From Sedimentisphaerales bacterium (GTDB taxonomy: Bacteria > Planctomycetota > Phycisphaerae > Sedimentisphaerales > Anaerobacaceae): a stretch of DNA of 64,000 bases. Of this stretch, positions 38,496 to 53,533 are shown piece after piece. How positions within the stretch are numbered: the stretch's first letter is position 1; each line of letters starts with the position of its first letter. A program made the position numbers and the translations under genes. The notes under the pieces are model-generated. The model ran no database searches and was not told where the DNA came from. It worked only from the letters and a program-made list of their open reading frames with translations. The DNA lies in assembly GCA_040772485.1 (NCBI GenBank), contig JAXGYC010000008.1, positions 224,001-288,000 on the forward strand, in the 5' to 3' direction.

Positions 38496-38774
38496 TCAGA
38501 ACAGATCGATGTGGTAGTCCGGTTCCAGGTACACGATCGCCTTCTTCCAACTGGAAGTCATGCCGACCGTCCGACCGCGACGCCTCTGCTTGCCCTTGCG
38601 GTTGGCCGTCCTGACCTTGTCCACTTTCACGCCGTAAATCTTCTCCACGGCGTTCTTCACCTGCGTCTTGTTCGCCTTGCGATTGACCTCGAAGGCATAC
38701 GCGCCCTTCGCGTTGGCGAAGTGAATCCCCTGTTCGGTGACCAAGGGTCGAACTATTACGTTGAAATCATCCAT
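38496..38774 (-). CDS. rplW: 50S ribosomal protein L23
   Basis: RPLVTE, ANKTQVK, WKKAIV. Confidence 0.96.
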   Translation of the reverse strand: MDDFNVIVRPLVTEQGIHFANAKGAYAFEVNRKANKTQVKNAVEKIYGVKVDKVRTANRKGKQRRRGRTVGMTSSWKKAIVYLEPDYHIDLF

Positions 38775-38839
38775 TCCAGGACCGCATTCTCTAACGTGCC
38801 GTCGCGCCTCGCGCGACGCAGGCTCTACCCGTTCACCCG

Positions 38840-39490
38840 TCAGCTCTCACTGTCGGCGTCTCTATTCAGGAACGCCACCAGAGCGTCCTTCGTGAACAAC
38901 ATCCTCTGGTGCGTGCAAATATCCCCCGCATTCAAATCCGCCACCGGCAGCACCGCCACTTTCTGGACGTTCCGGGCCGATTTGTAGAGGTTCTGATCGT
39001 ATTCCTTCACCGCCACCAGGCAACTGCGGTCGATCTTCAGGTTCTTCAGGATGCCCGCAAACTCCTTCGTGCGGGGTTCTTCGAACCCCAGTCCGTCCAC
39101 AACCACCACCTGGTTCTTGCGGAGCTTGGCCAGCACCGCCGAATCCCTCGCCAGGCGCCGCTGCGTGCGCGGCATGGTCTGACGGAAATCCCTCGGGACC
39201 TTCGCAAAGGTCATGCCGCCGCCGACCCGTTTGCCCGTTCGCCGGTTGCCCACGCGGGCGTTGCCCGTTCCCTTCTGGCGGAAGAGTTTCTTGTCCGAAC
39301 CGGCCACTTCGCTGCGGCCCTTCGTCTTGACGGTTCCCTGTCGTCGATTCGCCTGGTACATCACGATCGCCTGCTTGAGCAGGGCGTACCGCACCGCGCC
39401 GCCCAGCACCGTCTCATCGACGCGGACCTTGTCGACCTCCTGGCCGCTACGGTTATAGACTGTCAATTCCATCATCGCTGGTACACTCAT
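38840..39490 (-). CDS. rplD: 50S ribosomal protein L4
   Basis: RQGTVKTKGRSEV, RQKGTGNAR. Confidence 0.97.
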   Translation of the reverse strand: MSVPAMMELTVYNRSGQEVDKVRVDETVLGGAVRYALLKQAIVMYQANRRQGTVKTKGRSEVAGSDKKLFRQKGTGNARVGNRRTGKRVGGGMTFAKVPRDFRQTMPRTQRRLARDSAVLAKLRKNQVVVVDGLGFEEPRTKEFAGILKNLKIDRSCLVAVKEYDQNLYKSARNVQKVAVLPVADLNAGDICTHQRMLFTKDALVAFLNRDADSES

Positions 39491-39494
39491 TCAC

Positions 39495-40145
39495 TTACTG
39501 AGGTCTCTTTGCCGTTCGCACGATGCAGTACCCACCGGCCGGCCCCGGCACGGCTCCCTTGACCACGAGCAGGTTCTTCTCCTCGTCGATCGAGACCAGA
39601 CTGTGGTTCTTCGTCGTTACCCGGTCGGTTCCCATGCGACCGCCCATGCGCAACCCCTTCTTGGGACCGCCGCTGGTGCCTCGGTTCGTCGCATAACCCG
39701 ACTGGGAGCCAGGTGCCCGGTGCCGTCGCTCGGTGCCGTGCGAGGCGGGGAAACCACCGAAGCCATGCCGCTTCATCACGCCGGCCGTCCCCTTGCCCTT
39801 GCTGGTGCCGGTCACGTCGACATACTTGGTGCCCGCGAACACAGAAACCGTCAGGGAATCGCCCGGTTTGAACTCGGTCTCCGGCTTTTCCAGAAGACGC
39901 CACTCTCTCACGAACTTCTTCGGCGTTGTGCCGGCTTTTTCGGCATGGCCCACCTGCGGCCGTTTCCGCCGAGACGGCTTCACATCCTCGAAACCCACCT
40001 GGATGGCATCGTACCCATCCGTCTCGGTGGTCTTGACCTGGGTGATCGTGCATGGTCCGGCTTCGATCACCGTCACCGGGACCAGCGCCCCCGATTCGTC
40101 GTACACACGGGTCATCCCCACCTTTTTCCCAAGCAGCATGGCCAT
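39495..40145 (-). CDS. rplC: 50S ribosomal protein L3
   Basis: GKKVGMT, SKGKG, VKGAVPG. Confidence 0.97.
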   Translation of the reverse strand: MAMLLGKKVGMTRVYDESGALVPVTVIEAGPCTITQVKTTETDGYDAIQVGFEDVKPSRRKRPQVGHAEKAGTTPKKFVREWRLLEKPETEFKPGDSLTVSVFAGTKYVDVTGTSKGKGTAGVMKRHGFGGFPASHGTERRHRAPGSQSGYATNRGTSGGPKKGLRMGGRMGTDRVTTKNHSLVSIDEEKNLLVVKGAVPGPAGGYCIVRTAKRPQ

Positions 40146-40163
40146 ACTCAAAGGTCCCTGGTC

Positions 40164-40478
40164 CTACGCCTTGATCTTCACAAAAACGCCCGCGGGAACC
40201 ACCAGACGGTTCAGCACCTCGGCCGTCCTCGCGTTCGCCTCGTGGATGTCAATGAGCCGTTTGTGCGTCCGGAGCTCGAACTGCTCACGCGACTTCTTGT
40301 CGATGTGGGGGCTGCGCAGCACGGTGTACCGCTCGATGCGCGTCGGAAGCGGGATCGGACCGCTGACCCGCGCATTCGTCCGACGAGCGTGCTCTACGAT
40401 CTCCCGAGCGGAGGCATCCAGCGCCCGATGATCGTATGCCTCCATCCGAATTCGAATTCTCTCTGTTTCGGCAGCCAT
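40164..40478 (-). CDS. rpsJ: 30S ribosomal protein S10
   Basis: [31 protein letters not shown]. Confidence 0.97.
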   Translation of the reverse strand: MAAETERIRIRMEAYDHRALDASAREIVEHARRTNARVSGPIPLPTRIERYTVLRSPHIDKKSREQFELRTHKRLIDIHEANARTAEVLNRLVVPAGVFVKIKA

Positions 40479-40896
40479 ACTACTCCTCTGGACCACCCGA
40501 TCGTCGCATTTTGCCGCCAAACCACTCGTTTTGACGGGCTGCGGCGACCGCCAACGACACCGGCGTCATTACCCACACTTACAGTACCATCCGTCGGTGC
40601 AGACACTACGTCTGCCCCGATGAACGCTTTTTCGCTTGGTCACAGACAGGAAAGGCTTCGGTCCACGGTTTCGCCCTCGCTATCGAGGTGCGACCGACGA
40701 CCGAAATCGGCCTTCCTTAACGGGTTGAGGCTCGGGCCCGCAGAAGGCCAATGCAAAGCCGTTGTCAGCTTCGCCAAACCCCAAGTCACAAAGAAAACCA
40801 ACTGAGCCATCCTTGATGGCAATCACAGATATGCCACAGCGTAACTATGTATCGCACGGTCATCCTGACCATGCTCGCTACAGCTGAAAAACCAAA

Positions 40897-40925
40897 AATT
40901 TATCACGAACTCCGCATGGCGTCAA
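40897..40925 (-). promoter_or_regulatory. Predicted sigma70-type promoter of the S10 operon
   Basis: TTGACG-17 nt-TAAATT with extended -10 TG, A/T-rich upstream tract, ~420 nt upstream of rpsJ. Confidence 0.65.
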
Positions 40926-40974
40926 CAGCCGGCCACACAAATCCGCACAAAAAAGTGAAATTTTCTGATGCGGT

Positions 40975-43047
40975 TCAGAAAAGGATCGCTTTGGCGACCT
41001 GATCGGGGACTCTTTCGTAGCTCAGAGGCTCCATCGTGAAGTTCCCTCGGCCGGCCGTGAGACTTCGAATGTCGCTGGAATAACCGAACAGCTCCACCAG
41101 CGGCACGTTCGCGTCCACCACGCGCATGTTGCCGTGGACGCGGCAGTCGGTTATCAGCCCTCTCTTGGCCAGCAGATCCGCCTGCACAGCCCCAAACGCG
41201 GCTTCCGGGACGACCGCCTGAACGCGCATCACCGGCTCCAGCAGGACCGGCCCAGCCTCCTTCATGGCCTTTTCGAGAGCCATCCCGGCGGCCTGTTCAA
41301 ACGCCAGCTCCGACGAATCCACCGAGTGGAACGAGCCTCCGACGAGCGTCACCCGCAGGCCCACGACCGGGTAGCCGGCCAGGACGCCGTTGCCCGACGC
41401 CTCGCGCACGCCCTGCTCCACGGACGGAACGTAGTCCCTCGGAACCTGGTCCGGCGTGACGTTGGCGGTGAACCGCAGGTCCGTGAGGTAGTGTCCGTCC
41501 TCTGAAAACAGAGGCTCCACCGCCAGAACCACGTGCCCGTACTGGCCACGCCCACCGCTCTGGTGGACAAACCTGGCCTCCGCCTGAGCCGGTTGGGTGA
41601 TGGCCTCTTTGTAGGCCACCCGAGGCTTGCCGACCCTGACATCGACCTTCCGTTCCCGCGTGAGCTTGTGCTGGAGGACTTCGAGGTGGAGTTCTCCCAT
41701 GCCGCAGATGACCGTTTGGCCGGTATCGGGGTCGATCTTGTACTCAAACGTGGGGTCCTCGCGGCGGATCGATTCCAGGGCGGTCGCCAGCTTCGCCCGC
41801 TCTGCGGCCGTTCGCGGCTCGATGGACATGGTGATGACCGTCTGGGGAAACGTGATACTGGGAAGGGTCACCGGTTTCTTCGTGTCGCAGATCGTATCGC
41901 CGGTCAGGGTCTGCTTGAGCCCGATGACCGCCACGATATCCCCGGCCGACGCCTCCTCCAGGATCCTGCGCTCGTTGGCATGCATCTCGAAGACGCGGGT
42001 GATGTTCTCCTTCGCGCCACGGTTGGCGTTCAAAACGCGGGTGCCCGACTTCAAGGTCCCCTGGTAGATTCGCAGAAAGCTCAGATCGCCGTGCGAATCG
42101 CTGGTAATCTTGAACGCCAAGGCTACCAGCGACCCCTTCGGATCGCACTTGATCGCGACTTCCTTCGACTCGTCGTCGCCTTTATGCCCGATAAGAGCAG
42201 GCTTATCGAGCGGTGAGGGCAGGTAGGCCACCACGCCGTCGAGCAAACGCTGGACCCCGATGTACTTCAACGCCGACCCGACGAAAACCGGGTTCAGCTT
42301 GTTCGCCAGGGTCCCCTTGCGAACCGCTTTCCTGATCATCTCGGCCGTGACGGACCGGTCGTTGACGAACGCGTCCATCAGCGCTTCATCGTGCTCGGCC
42401 GCCTGCTCAATCAGGCGGGCCCGGTAGTGCTTCGCCTGTTCGCTGTACTCCATCGGGATGTCGGTCTCGCGGAAGCTCGCCCCCATCTTCTCGGTCTCGT
42501 AAAAGACCGCCTGCATCCCAACCAGGTCGATGATCCCGGCGAACAGGTCGCCCGCCCCCATGGGCATCTGCATCACGATCGGGTGGGCCAGCAGCTTGTC
42601 GTGAATGCTCCGGACGCTCATCTCGAAGTCGGCGCCGATCTTGTCCATTTTGTTCACGAAGCACAGGCAAGGCAGACCGTACTTCTGCCCCTGACGCCAA
42701 ACCGTCTCGCTCTGGGCCTGGACCCCCTCGCTCCCGTCGAAAACGGCCACCGCCCCGTCGAGTACGCGAAGCGATCTCTCCACCTCCGCGGTGAAGTCGA
42801 TGTGGCCCGGCGTGTCGATCAGATTGATCTCAAAACCCTTCCACGGGCACTTCGTGGCCGCCGATGTGATCGTGATCCCCCGCTTCTGCTCCTCCTCCAG
42901 GTAGTCCATGACCGCCGTACCTTCATGGACCTCGCCCATTTTATAGGTCTTTCCGGCGTAGTAGAGAATTCGCTCGGTCACCGTGGTCTTGCCCGCGTCG
43001 ATGTGGGCCATGATGCCGATATTCCGCGTATTCTCTAACTTACCCAT
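40975..43047 (-). CDS. fusA: Elongation factor G (str-operon copy, somewhat divergent)
   Basis: RNIGIMAHIDAGKTT, RGITITSAA, DTPGH, NKMD, GMGELHL. Confidence 0.96.
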   Translation of the reverse strand: MGKLENTRNIGIMAHIDAGKTTVTERILYYAGKTYKMGEVHEGTAVMDYLEEEQKRGITITSAATKCPWKGFEINLIDTPGHIDFTAEVERSLRVLDGAVAVFDGSEGVQAQSETVWRQGQKYGLPCLCFVNKMDKIGADFEMSVRSIHDKLLAHPIVMQMPMGAGDLFAGIIDLVGMQAVFYETEKMGASFRETDIPMEYSEQAKHYRARLIEQAAEHDEALMDAFVNDRSVTAEMIRKAVRKGTLANKLNPVFVGSALKYIGVQRLLDGVVAYLPSPLDKPALIGHKGDDESKEVAIKCDPKGSLVALAFKITSDSHGDLSFLRIYQGTLKSGTRVLNANRGAKENITRVFEMHANERRILEEASAGDIVAVIGLKQTLTGDTICDTKKPVTLPSITFPQTVITMSIEPRTAAERAKLATALESIRREDPTFEYKIDPDTGQTVICGMGELHLEVLQHKLTRERKVDVRVGKPRVAYKEAITQPAQAEARFVHQSGGRGQYGHVVLAVEPLFSEDGHYLTDLRFTANVTPDQVPRDYVPSVEQGVREASGNGVLAGYPVVGLRVTLVGGSFHSVDSSELAFEQAAGMALEKAMKEAGPVLLEPVMRVQAVVPEAAFGAVQADLLAKRGLITDCRVHGNMRVVDANVPLVELFGYSSDIRSLTAGRGNFTMEPLSYERVPDQVAKAILF

Positions 43048-43095
43048 ACCTTCACTAATCGAGGGCCCCATCACATCGGATGGCCCGATCCAAGT

Positions 43096-43134
43096 AAAAA
43101 AAAAAGCCACGGCTCTTGGGAAACCCGCCGTGGC
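43096..43134 (-). terminator. Intrinsic terminator between rpsG and fusA
   Basis: 8-bp stem GCCACGGC/GCCGTGGC followed by 10 T on the minus strand. Confidence 0.75.
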
Positions 43135-43151
43135 ATTGTCACCCACAAACG

Positions 43152-43625
43152 CTACCAGGCAAAGTGAGCGAACGCCTTGTTGGCCTCCGCCATGCGATGC
43201 ACGTTCTCGCGAGTCGTCATGGCTCCGCCCTGCTTGTTGTAGGCGTCGAGAAGCTCGCTCGCCAGACGCTGGCACATGGGCTTGCCCTTCTTGCCCCGCG
43301 CCGACGCCAGAATCCAGCGAAACGCCAGTGACTGCTGCCGTCTCGGGTTCACCTGCATCGGCACCTGATAGCTCGCCCCACCTACGCGCTTGCTGCGAAC
43401 TTCGAGCAGCGGCTTGACGTTGTTGATCGCCGTTTCGAAGATCTCCACCGGCGGGACGTCCTTCAGCTTGCCGCCGACGATGTCCATGGCGTCATAGAAG
43501 ATCTGCTGGGCGGTGCTCTTCTTGCCGTCCCACATCATGCAGTTGACGAATTTCGAGATCAGCTTGCTGTTGTACCTGGGGTCCGGCTTCAGTTGGACGC
43601 TGGAAGAGGTAAACTTCTTGGCCAT
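43152..43625 (-). CDS. rpsG: 30S ribosomal protein S7
   Basis: [28 protein letters not shown]. Confidence 0.98.
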   Translation of the reverse strand: MAKKFTSSSVQLKPDPRYNSKLISKFVNCMMWDGKKSTAQQIFYDAMDIVGGKLKDVPPVEIFETAINNVKPLLEVRSKRVGGASYQVPMQVNPRRQQSLAFRWILASARGKKGKPMCQRLASELLDAYNKQGGAMTTRENVHRMAEANKAFAHFAW

Positions 43626-43669
43626 AACGTTTTCTATCGCCTCACATGCCTGCTAAAGAGTTCTCAGTG

Positions 43670-44041
43670 CTATTTTGCCTTCTTGGCCCCGTATTTGCTG
43701 CGGCCCTGTCGGCGCCCGGAGACCCCCGCACAGTCCAGCACGCCGCGGATGATATGATAGCGGACGCCGGGCAAGTCCCGCACGCGGCCGCCGCGAATCA
43801 TCACCGTGCTATGTTCCTGAAGGTTGTGGTCGATGCCGGGGATATAGGCCGTCACTTCCTTGCCGTTGGTCAGACGCACGCGCGCCACCTTCCGCAAGGC
43901 CGAGTTCGGTTTCTTCGGCGTCTGCGTTCGCACGATCAGACACACACCACGCTTCTGGGGCGAACCGCTGATATCGGAGACGCGTTTCTGCCCTTTGGAT
44001 TTCGCTCTTGGCTTTCTGACTAACTGATTAATCGTCGGCAT
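43670..44041 (-). CDS. rpsL: 30S ribosomal protein S12
   Basis: [20 protein letters not shown]. Confidence 0.98.
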   Translation of the reverse strand: MPTINQLVRKPRAKSKGQKRVSDISGSPQKRGVCLIVRTQTPKKPNSALRKVARVRLTNGKEVTAYIPGIDHNLQEHSTVMIRGGRVRDLPGVRYHIIRGVLDCAGVSGRRQGRSKYGAKKAK

Positions 44042-44072
44042 AACCCCAATCTCGATTCAAAACCATTCTTGC

Positions 44073-47000
44073 CTAATCAATGCCAAGGATTTCCTTGACC
44101 CTCGATTCGGCCTTGGCCTCTGCTTCCTTCTCTTCCCGGACGCCTGCCAGTTCCTTCGGCACCGGAGCCTCGACCAGATGCTTGACTCTCATTTCCAGAT
44201 GCGGCTTGAAGGCCGTCCCGGCCGGAATCAGATGGCCGAGAATCACATTCTCCTTCAGACCGTGCAATTCGTCAACTTTACCCGCCAGCGCCGCCTCCGT
44301 CAACACTTTTGTGGTCTCCTGGAAGCTCGCCGCCGCAATAAAGCTGTCCGACCATAGCGACGCCTTCGTGATGCCCAGGAGCAGGGTCTTGGCGGTGGCC
44401 GGCTTGGGCTTGCGTCCCTTGGCCGGGTTTCCACCGAGCACCTCGATCTTCTCGTTGGCCTTGGCCAGGTCTTTCTTCTCCAGGATCTGGCCTTCCTCCA
44501 GCTCGGTCACGTCTCCCTTGTCGGAGACCCGCAGACTGTTGCTCAGACGCTCGTTCTCCTTGCGGAAGACGAATTTGTCGGTCACCTCACCCGGCAGGAA
44601 CGTGCTGTCACCCACCGAGTCGATCTCGACCTTTCGCATCATCTGCGAGATGATGATCTCGATGTGCTTGTCGTTGATGTTGACGTTCTGCGAGCGGTAC
44701 ACGTTCTGGATCTCGCCGATGAGGTATCTCTGGAGGGCCTCCTCGCCCTTGATCCGCAGGATATCGTGCGGCACCAGCGGGCCGTCCGTCAGCGCGTCGC
44801 CGGCTTCCACCAGGTCGCCGGTGTGCACGTTCAGATGGCGGTCGCGCGGGACGTGGTGCTCCTTTTCCATGTGTTCGCTGCGAACGGTAATCGTCATCTT
44901 GCCCTTGCGCTTGTCGCTGCGCAGCTCGACGCGTCCGCTGATCTCGGCCATGGCGGCGGGGTCCTTGGGCTTGCGGGCCTCAAAGACCTCGGTCACGCGA
45001 GGCAGACCGCCGGTGATGTCCTGCGTACCGCCGGTGGCTCGCGGCTGGTGCGCCAGCAACTGTCCGGCCTGCACCTCCTGGCCTTCGGTCACCTCGATGC
45101 GCGCCCCGGCCGGCAGATAGTGGACGTCCAGGATCTTGCCCTTGGAATCCTCGATGATGATCTGCGGATGCTTGTCGCCCTTGTGCTCGATGACCACCGG
45201 GCGCTCCAGCACCTTCACGTCGGCATCCTTGCTCTTGAGCTTCGACGTCCGGACGCGCGCCTCTTCGGTCTGGACCGTTTCGCCCTCGATGATGTCCACG
45301 AACCGGATGATCCCGGGCACCTCCGCCAGAATCGGCGTCCGGTGCGGGTCCCACTGGAACAACGTGGTGCCGGCTTTGACCTTCTCGCCGTTCGGGACCA
45401 GGATGATGCCACCATACGGGACCTTGAACTTGTCGAGTTCGCGCTCCTTCTGGTCCAGCAGGGCGATCTCACCGTTGCGCTTGAGGGCCACGATGATCTC
45501 CGTGCCGTCGTCGCGCTTGAGCGAGACGGCATTGATGTCGCGGTACTGAACCGTGGCGGTGTGCGTGGCCTTCTGCTCGCGTTCGAGAATGGCACGCGAA
45601 GCGACACCGCCGGTGTGGAAGGTTCGCAGGGTCAACTGGGTGCCCGGCTCGCCAATGGACTGGGCGGCGATGATCCCGACGGCCGCGCCTTCCTCGACCA
45701 ACCGGCCCGTGCTCATATCCCAGCCATAGCACTTCGCACAGACGCCAAACGGGCTGTCGCACGTCAGCGGGCTTCGCACGCGAATCGCGTCGAGCCCCAG
45801 CGCCTCGATTTTCGCCGCAATTTCCGGCGTGATGACCTCGTTCTCGTGGACGATCATCTCGTCCGTGATCGGGTTGCGGATGTTGTCCCGCGCCGTTCGC
45901 CCGATCACCAGTTGCGACAGCGGAATGTCGACCTGATCGCCCCGGCTGACCGTGCTCTTCGTGACCCCCTGCAACGTCTGGCAGTCGCGCTCGATCACGA
46001 TCACGTTCTGCGCCACGTCGATCAGCTTGCGGGTCAGATACCCCGAGTTGGCGGTCTTCAAAGCCGTATCGGCCAGACCCTTGCGCGCCCCGTGCGTGGA
46101 GCTGAAATACTCCAGCACCGTCAGCCCTTCCCGGAAGTTCGCCTTGATCGGCGTCTCGATGATCTCGCCGCTGGGCTTGGCCATCAACGCTCGCATGCCC
46201 GCCAACTGCTGGATCTGGTCGATGCTTCCTCGGGCGCCCGAATCCGACATCAGGTAGATCGGGTTCAGATAGGGCGTCCCGTCCTCCTTCTTGTCTTCCC
46301 GAAGGCCCCGGATCATTTCGTTGGTGACGGCCACGCGGGCGTTCGTCCAGGCATCAATTACCTGGTTGTAGCGTTCGCGCTCCGTGAGAACGCCGTCGTT
46401 GTAGTTCTTCAGAATCTTCGCCACGCGCTTCTCGGTCTCGGCGATGATCTCCGCCTTCTTGGCCGGGATCTTCAGGTCCGTCAGACCGAAGCTCAGGCCC
46501 GCCAGGGTCGCGTAGCGGAAGCCCACGTCCTTGATGCGATCGAGCAGGCCGACCGTCTCGGCGTTGCCCGCAAATTCGAAACAATCACTGATCACCTGAC
46601 TGAGCTTCTTCTGGGACATCGTCAGGTTGTAGAACGGCATCTCCTTGACCAGGATGTCGTTGAAGAGGCAACGGCCCACCGTCGTCTCGATCACACGGGG
46701 CTTGTACCCGCTGCCGTCCGGCAGCGGCTCGGCGAACTGAATCTCGCCCGACTTCTCGCGCACCATCTTGCGATGGATGCGGACGCGAATCTTGTCGTGC
46801 AGCCCAATCTTGCCGGTGTCATAAGCCATCATGGCTTCAAACTCGTCGCGGAACACCGCAAGCGAGCGCGCCGATGCCGACGGCGCCGCCGCCGGATTCA
46901 GGTCCTCCAGCGTCACGGTCAGATAGTAATTGCCCATGACCATGTCCTGCGAGGGCCCGACCATCGGCGAGCCGTTGGCCGGAGAGAAGATGTTCCCCGT

Positions 47001-48443
47001 GGTCATCATCAGGATATGCACTTCCGCCTGCGCCTCGACACTCAGGGGCAGGTGGACCGCCATCTGGTCTCCGTCGAAGTCCGCGTTAAAGCCTTTGCAG
47101 GCCAGCGGATGCAGCATGATCGCATTACCCTCGACCAGCACCGGCTCGAACGCCTGGATGCCCATCCGGTGCAGCGTGGGTGCACGGTTCAGCAGCACCG
47201 GATGCTGATGGATGACCTCCTCGAGGATATCCCAAACCTGCTCGTCGCGGCGCTCGATCATCCTCTTGGCGCTCTTGATCGTGTCGGCGAAGCCGTGCTG
47301 TTTGAGCTTGCGGATGATGAACGGCTGGTACAGCTCCAGTGCGATCTTCTTGGGCAGGCCGCACTGATACAGCTTCAGGCTCGGGCCTACCACGATCACC
47401 GACCGGGCCGAGTAGTCGACGCGTTTGCCCAGCAGGTTCTCGCGGAAGCGACCCTGCTTGCCCTTGATCATGTCCGTCAGAGACTTCAGCGGCCGGTTGT
47501 TGCTGCCCAGCACCGGACGGCGGCACCGCCCGTTGTCCAGCAGAGAATCGACCGCCTGCTGAAGCATGCGCTTCTCGTTGCGGATGATGACCTCCGGGGC
47601 ATTGAGGTCGATGAGCTTCTTGAGGCGGTTGTTCCGGTTGATGATGCGCCGGTACAGATCGTTCAGATCGCTGGTGGCGAAGTTGTCGCGTTCCAGCAGA
47701 ACCAGCGGTCGCAGGTCCGGCGGAATCACGGGAATCGCCTCAAGAACCATCCATTCCGGCTTGTTGTTGCTCGTCTTGATCTCGTTGATCGTCTTGAGCC
47801 GCTTGGTGAGGTCCTTGATCTTCTGCTTGCTGTTCGTTTTCGAGATCGCCTTGCGCAGATGCGCGCTCACCACATCGAGATCGAGCGTTTCCAGCAGGGC
47901 CTTGATCGCTTCGGCCCCCATCGAGGCCTTGAACGAATTGCCGTACTTGCTCATCGCGTCGCGGTATTCCTCTTCGCTGAGCAACTGGGCGGCCTTCAGC
48001 GGCGTCGTGCCCGGGTCGGTGACGACGTAGTCCTGGAAATAGACGATCTTCTCCAGGTCCGAGCTCTTCGTGCCCAGGATGGTGCCCAGACGGTTCGGGA
48101 TCGACTTGAAGAACCAGATGTGCACGACGGGCGCGGCCAGATTGATGTGGCCCATGCGCTTGCGCCGCACGCGGCTGTGGGTCACCTTGACGCCGCACCG
48201 GTCGCAGATGATTCCCTTGAACTTCGTACCCTTGTACTTGCCGCACGCACATTCCCAGTCGCGCTCCGGACCGAAGATCCGCTCGCAGAACAGACCGTCC
48301 TTCTCCGGACGATACGTCCGGTAGTTAATCGTCTCAGGCTTGCGGACTTCGCCGAAAGACCAACTGCGAATATCGTTCGGACTGGCCAGCGAGATCTTCA
48401 CCGAACCGTAATCATTAATCCGATCGTAGATATTCCCTAACAT
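44073..48443 (-). CDS. rpoC: RNA polymerase beta' subunit
   Basis: [12 protein letters not shown] catalytic motif; zinc-finger CACGKY..CDRC. Confidence 0.99.
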   Translation of the reverse strand: MLGNIYDRINDYGSVKISLASPNDIRSWSFGEVRKPETINYRTYRPEKDGLFCERIFGPERDWECACGKYKGTKFKGIICDRCGVKVTHSRVRRKRMGHINLAAPVVHIWFFKSIPNRLGTILGTKSSDLEKIVYFQDYVVTDPGTTPLKAAQLLSEEEYRDAMSKYGNSFKASMGAEAIKALLETLDLDVVSAHLRKAISKTNSKQKIKDLTKRLKTINEIKTSNNKPEWMVLEAIPVIPPDLRPLVLLERDNFATSDLNDLYRRIINRNNRLKKLIDLNAPEVIIRNEKRMLQQAVDSLLDNGRCRRPVLGSNNRPLKSLTDMIKGKQGRFRENLLGKRVDYSARSVIVVGPSLKLYQCGLPKKIALELYQPFIIRKLKQHGFADTIKSAKRMIERRDEQVWDILEEVIHQHPVLLNRAPTLHRMGIQAFEPVLVEGNAIMLHPLACKGFNADFDGDQMAVHLPLSVEAQAEVHILMMTTGNIFSPANGSPMVGPSQDMVMGNYYLTVTLEDLNPAAAPSASARSLAVFRDEFEAMMAYDTGKIGLHDKIRVRIHRKMVREKSGEIQFAEPLPDGSGYKPRVIETTVGRCLFNDILVKEMPFYNLTMSQKKLSQVISDCFEFAGNAETVGLLDRIKDVGFRYATLAGLSFGLTDLKIPAKKAEIIAETEKRVAKILKNYNDGVLTERERYNQVIDAWTNARVAVTNEMIRGLREDKKEDGTPYLNPIYLMSDSGARGSIDQIQQLAGMRALMAKPSGEIIETPIKANFREGLTVLEYFSSTHGARKGLADTALKTANSGYLTRKLIDVAQNVIVIERDCQTLQGVTKSTVSRGDQVDIPLSQLVIGRTARDNIRNPITDEMIVHENEVITPEIAAKIEALGLDAIRVRSPLTCDSPFGVCAKCYGWDMSTGRLVEEGAAVGIIAAQSIGEPGTQLTLRTFHTGGVASRAILEREQKATHTATVQYRDINAVSLKRDDGTEIIVALKRNGEIALLDQKERELDKFKVPYGGIILVPNGEKVKAGTTLFQWDPHRTPILAEVPGIIRFVDIIEGETVQTEEARVRTSKLKSKDADVKVLERPVVIEHKGDKHPQIIIEDSKGKILDVHYLPAGARIEVTEGQEVQAGQLLAHQPRATGGTQDITGGLPRVTEVFEARKPKDPAAMAEISGRVELRSDKRKGKMTITVRSEHMEKEHHVPRDRHLNVHTGDLVEAGDALTDGPLVPHDILRIKGEEALQRYLIGEIQNVYRSQNVNINDKHIEIIISQMMRKVEIDSVGDSTFLPGEVTDKFVFRKENERLSNSLRVSDKGDVTELEEGQILEKKDLAKANEKIEVLGGNPAKGRKPKPATAKTLLLGITKASLWSDSFIAAASFQETTKVLTEAALAGKVDELHGLKENVILGHLIPAGTAFKPHLEMRVKHLVEAPVPKELAGVREEKEAEAKAESRVKEILGID

Positions 48444-48482
48444 CGAACGCCCCTTACAAAGTCACAAACCCGCCCCGCACAC

Positions 48483-52241
<3,759 letters not shown>

Positions 52242-52339
52242 CTGTGGCTCCTACGCTCTGTAGCTGTCTGACCGACACCCACGGGCCATCACACGGCCCG
52301 GTACACCCCAATTCCTGAATTGTGACCGCGCTTCGATAC

Positions 52340-52756
52340 CTACTTGATCTCGACGTCCGCGCCGGCCTCGACGAGCTGCTTCTTGGCCGCCTCGGCATCT
52401 TCCTTGCTGACGCCTTCCTTCACCGGCTTGGGCGCCCCTTCGACCAGATCTTTGGCCTCTTTCAGGCCCAGCCCGGTCAACGCGCGGACCTCTTTGATGA
52501 CCTGGATCTTCTTGTCGCCGAATCCCTTGAGAATCACGTCGAAGGTGCTCTTCTCCTCCGCGGCCTCGCCGCCCGCGGCAGCGCCCGGCATCGGCCCGGC
52601 CATCATCACGGCGCCGCCGGCCGCCGGCTCGATCCCGTATTCGTCCTTCAGATAATCCGCCAGTTCCTTGGCTTGCAGCAGGCTCAGGGCCACGATCTTG
52701 TCGCCCAGTTCCTTGATTCCGGCGCCCCACGTCTTGTTGGTTTGTTCGTCAGCCAT
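52340..52756 (-). CDS. rplL: 50S ribosomal protein L7/L12
   Basis: [23 protein letters not shown]. Confidence 0.97.
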   Translation of the reverse strand: MADEQTNKTWGAGIKELGDKIVALSLLQAKELADYLKDEYGIEPAAGGAVMMAGPMPGAAAGGEAAEEKSTFDVILKGFGDKKIQVIKEVRALTGLGLKEAKDLVEGAPKPVKEGVSKEDAEAAKKQLVEAGADVEIK

Positions 52757-52889
52757 GTGTAAAAACTCCTCTATGTCCAACGCCTGACGGTAGCCGGAAC
52801 TCCACCGTCCCGTTTAACCCTTGCGGGGCAACCATACAGGCCGTTAGTAATCACTCGTGACAGATTGAAGGGACAGACCTGGTGACGTC

Positions 52890-53423
52890 TCAGGCCGCTT
52901 GCTTTTCCGCTTTCTCGATGATCGATTTCAGACAACCAGCAATGGCTCTGGCCGGCCCCATCACGGCCCCGACCACACCCGCGCCCGGCGAGGTGATGCA
53001 GGCCGAGATCCGGCCCTGGAGATCGGCACGCGTCGGCATCGTCGCCAGTTGCGCCGCCCCCGCCGCGTCCAGAGCCGTCCCATCCAGGAAGGCCCCGGTG
53101 ATTTCTATGGGCGCCAGCTTCTTCGCCCAGTCCATCATCTCCTTGGCGACATCCACGACGCTGTCGCCGCCATAGACGATGGCCGCCGGACCGGTGAACA
53201 ACCCGGCCGCCGCATCCATCTTGCGGTTGCGCAAAGCACGCCGGAACAGGGCGTTGCGAACCACCGTCAGGTGAATGCCCTTCTCCTTCAGCGCCCCACG
53301 CATCACATTGTTGTCGACACCCCCAACGCCTTTCATCCTGACCACCAGGAAGTCCTGGATTCCCTCATCGACGATCCGGTTCTCCAGTTCCGCCTGAAGC
53401 AGTTGTTTCACGTACTTGCTCAT
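52890..53423 (-). CDS. rplJ: 50S ribosomal protein L10
   Basis: Position between rplA and rplL; VVRNAL, LATMPTR. Confidence 0.93.
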   Translation of the reverse strand: MSKYVKQLLQAELENRIVDEGIQDFLVVRMKGVGGVDNNVMRGALKEKGIHLTVVRNALFRRALRNRKMDAAAGLFTGPAAIVYGGDSVVDVAKEMMDWAKKLAPIEITGAFLDGTALDAAGAAQLATMPTRADLQGRISACITSPGAGVVGAVMGPARAIAGCLKSIIEKAEKQAA

Positions 53424-53533
53424 TTCGTCTCCCGTCTATACACGATCCCGAGCGACGCGGCCGACGTCGCCAGACTTCTCGGCCGAACTCCCGGGGCCTA
53501 TGACCGACCTACCCGCGCCCGATACACCAACGG

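Noticed and set aside
43048..43275. 76-aa N-terminal extension of EF-G in the ORF track
   Set aside because: Overlaps rpsG and runs through the terminator; the real start is ATG 43047. The L22 extension, by contrast, overlaps nothing and shows a domain-like pattern.
52757..53533. L10-leader or other structured RNA around rplJ/rplL
   Set aside because: Small hairpins exist, but I could not recognise the L10-leader consensus; an Rfam scan is needed.
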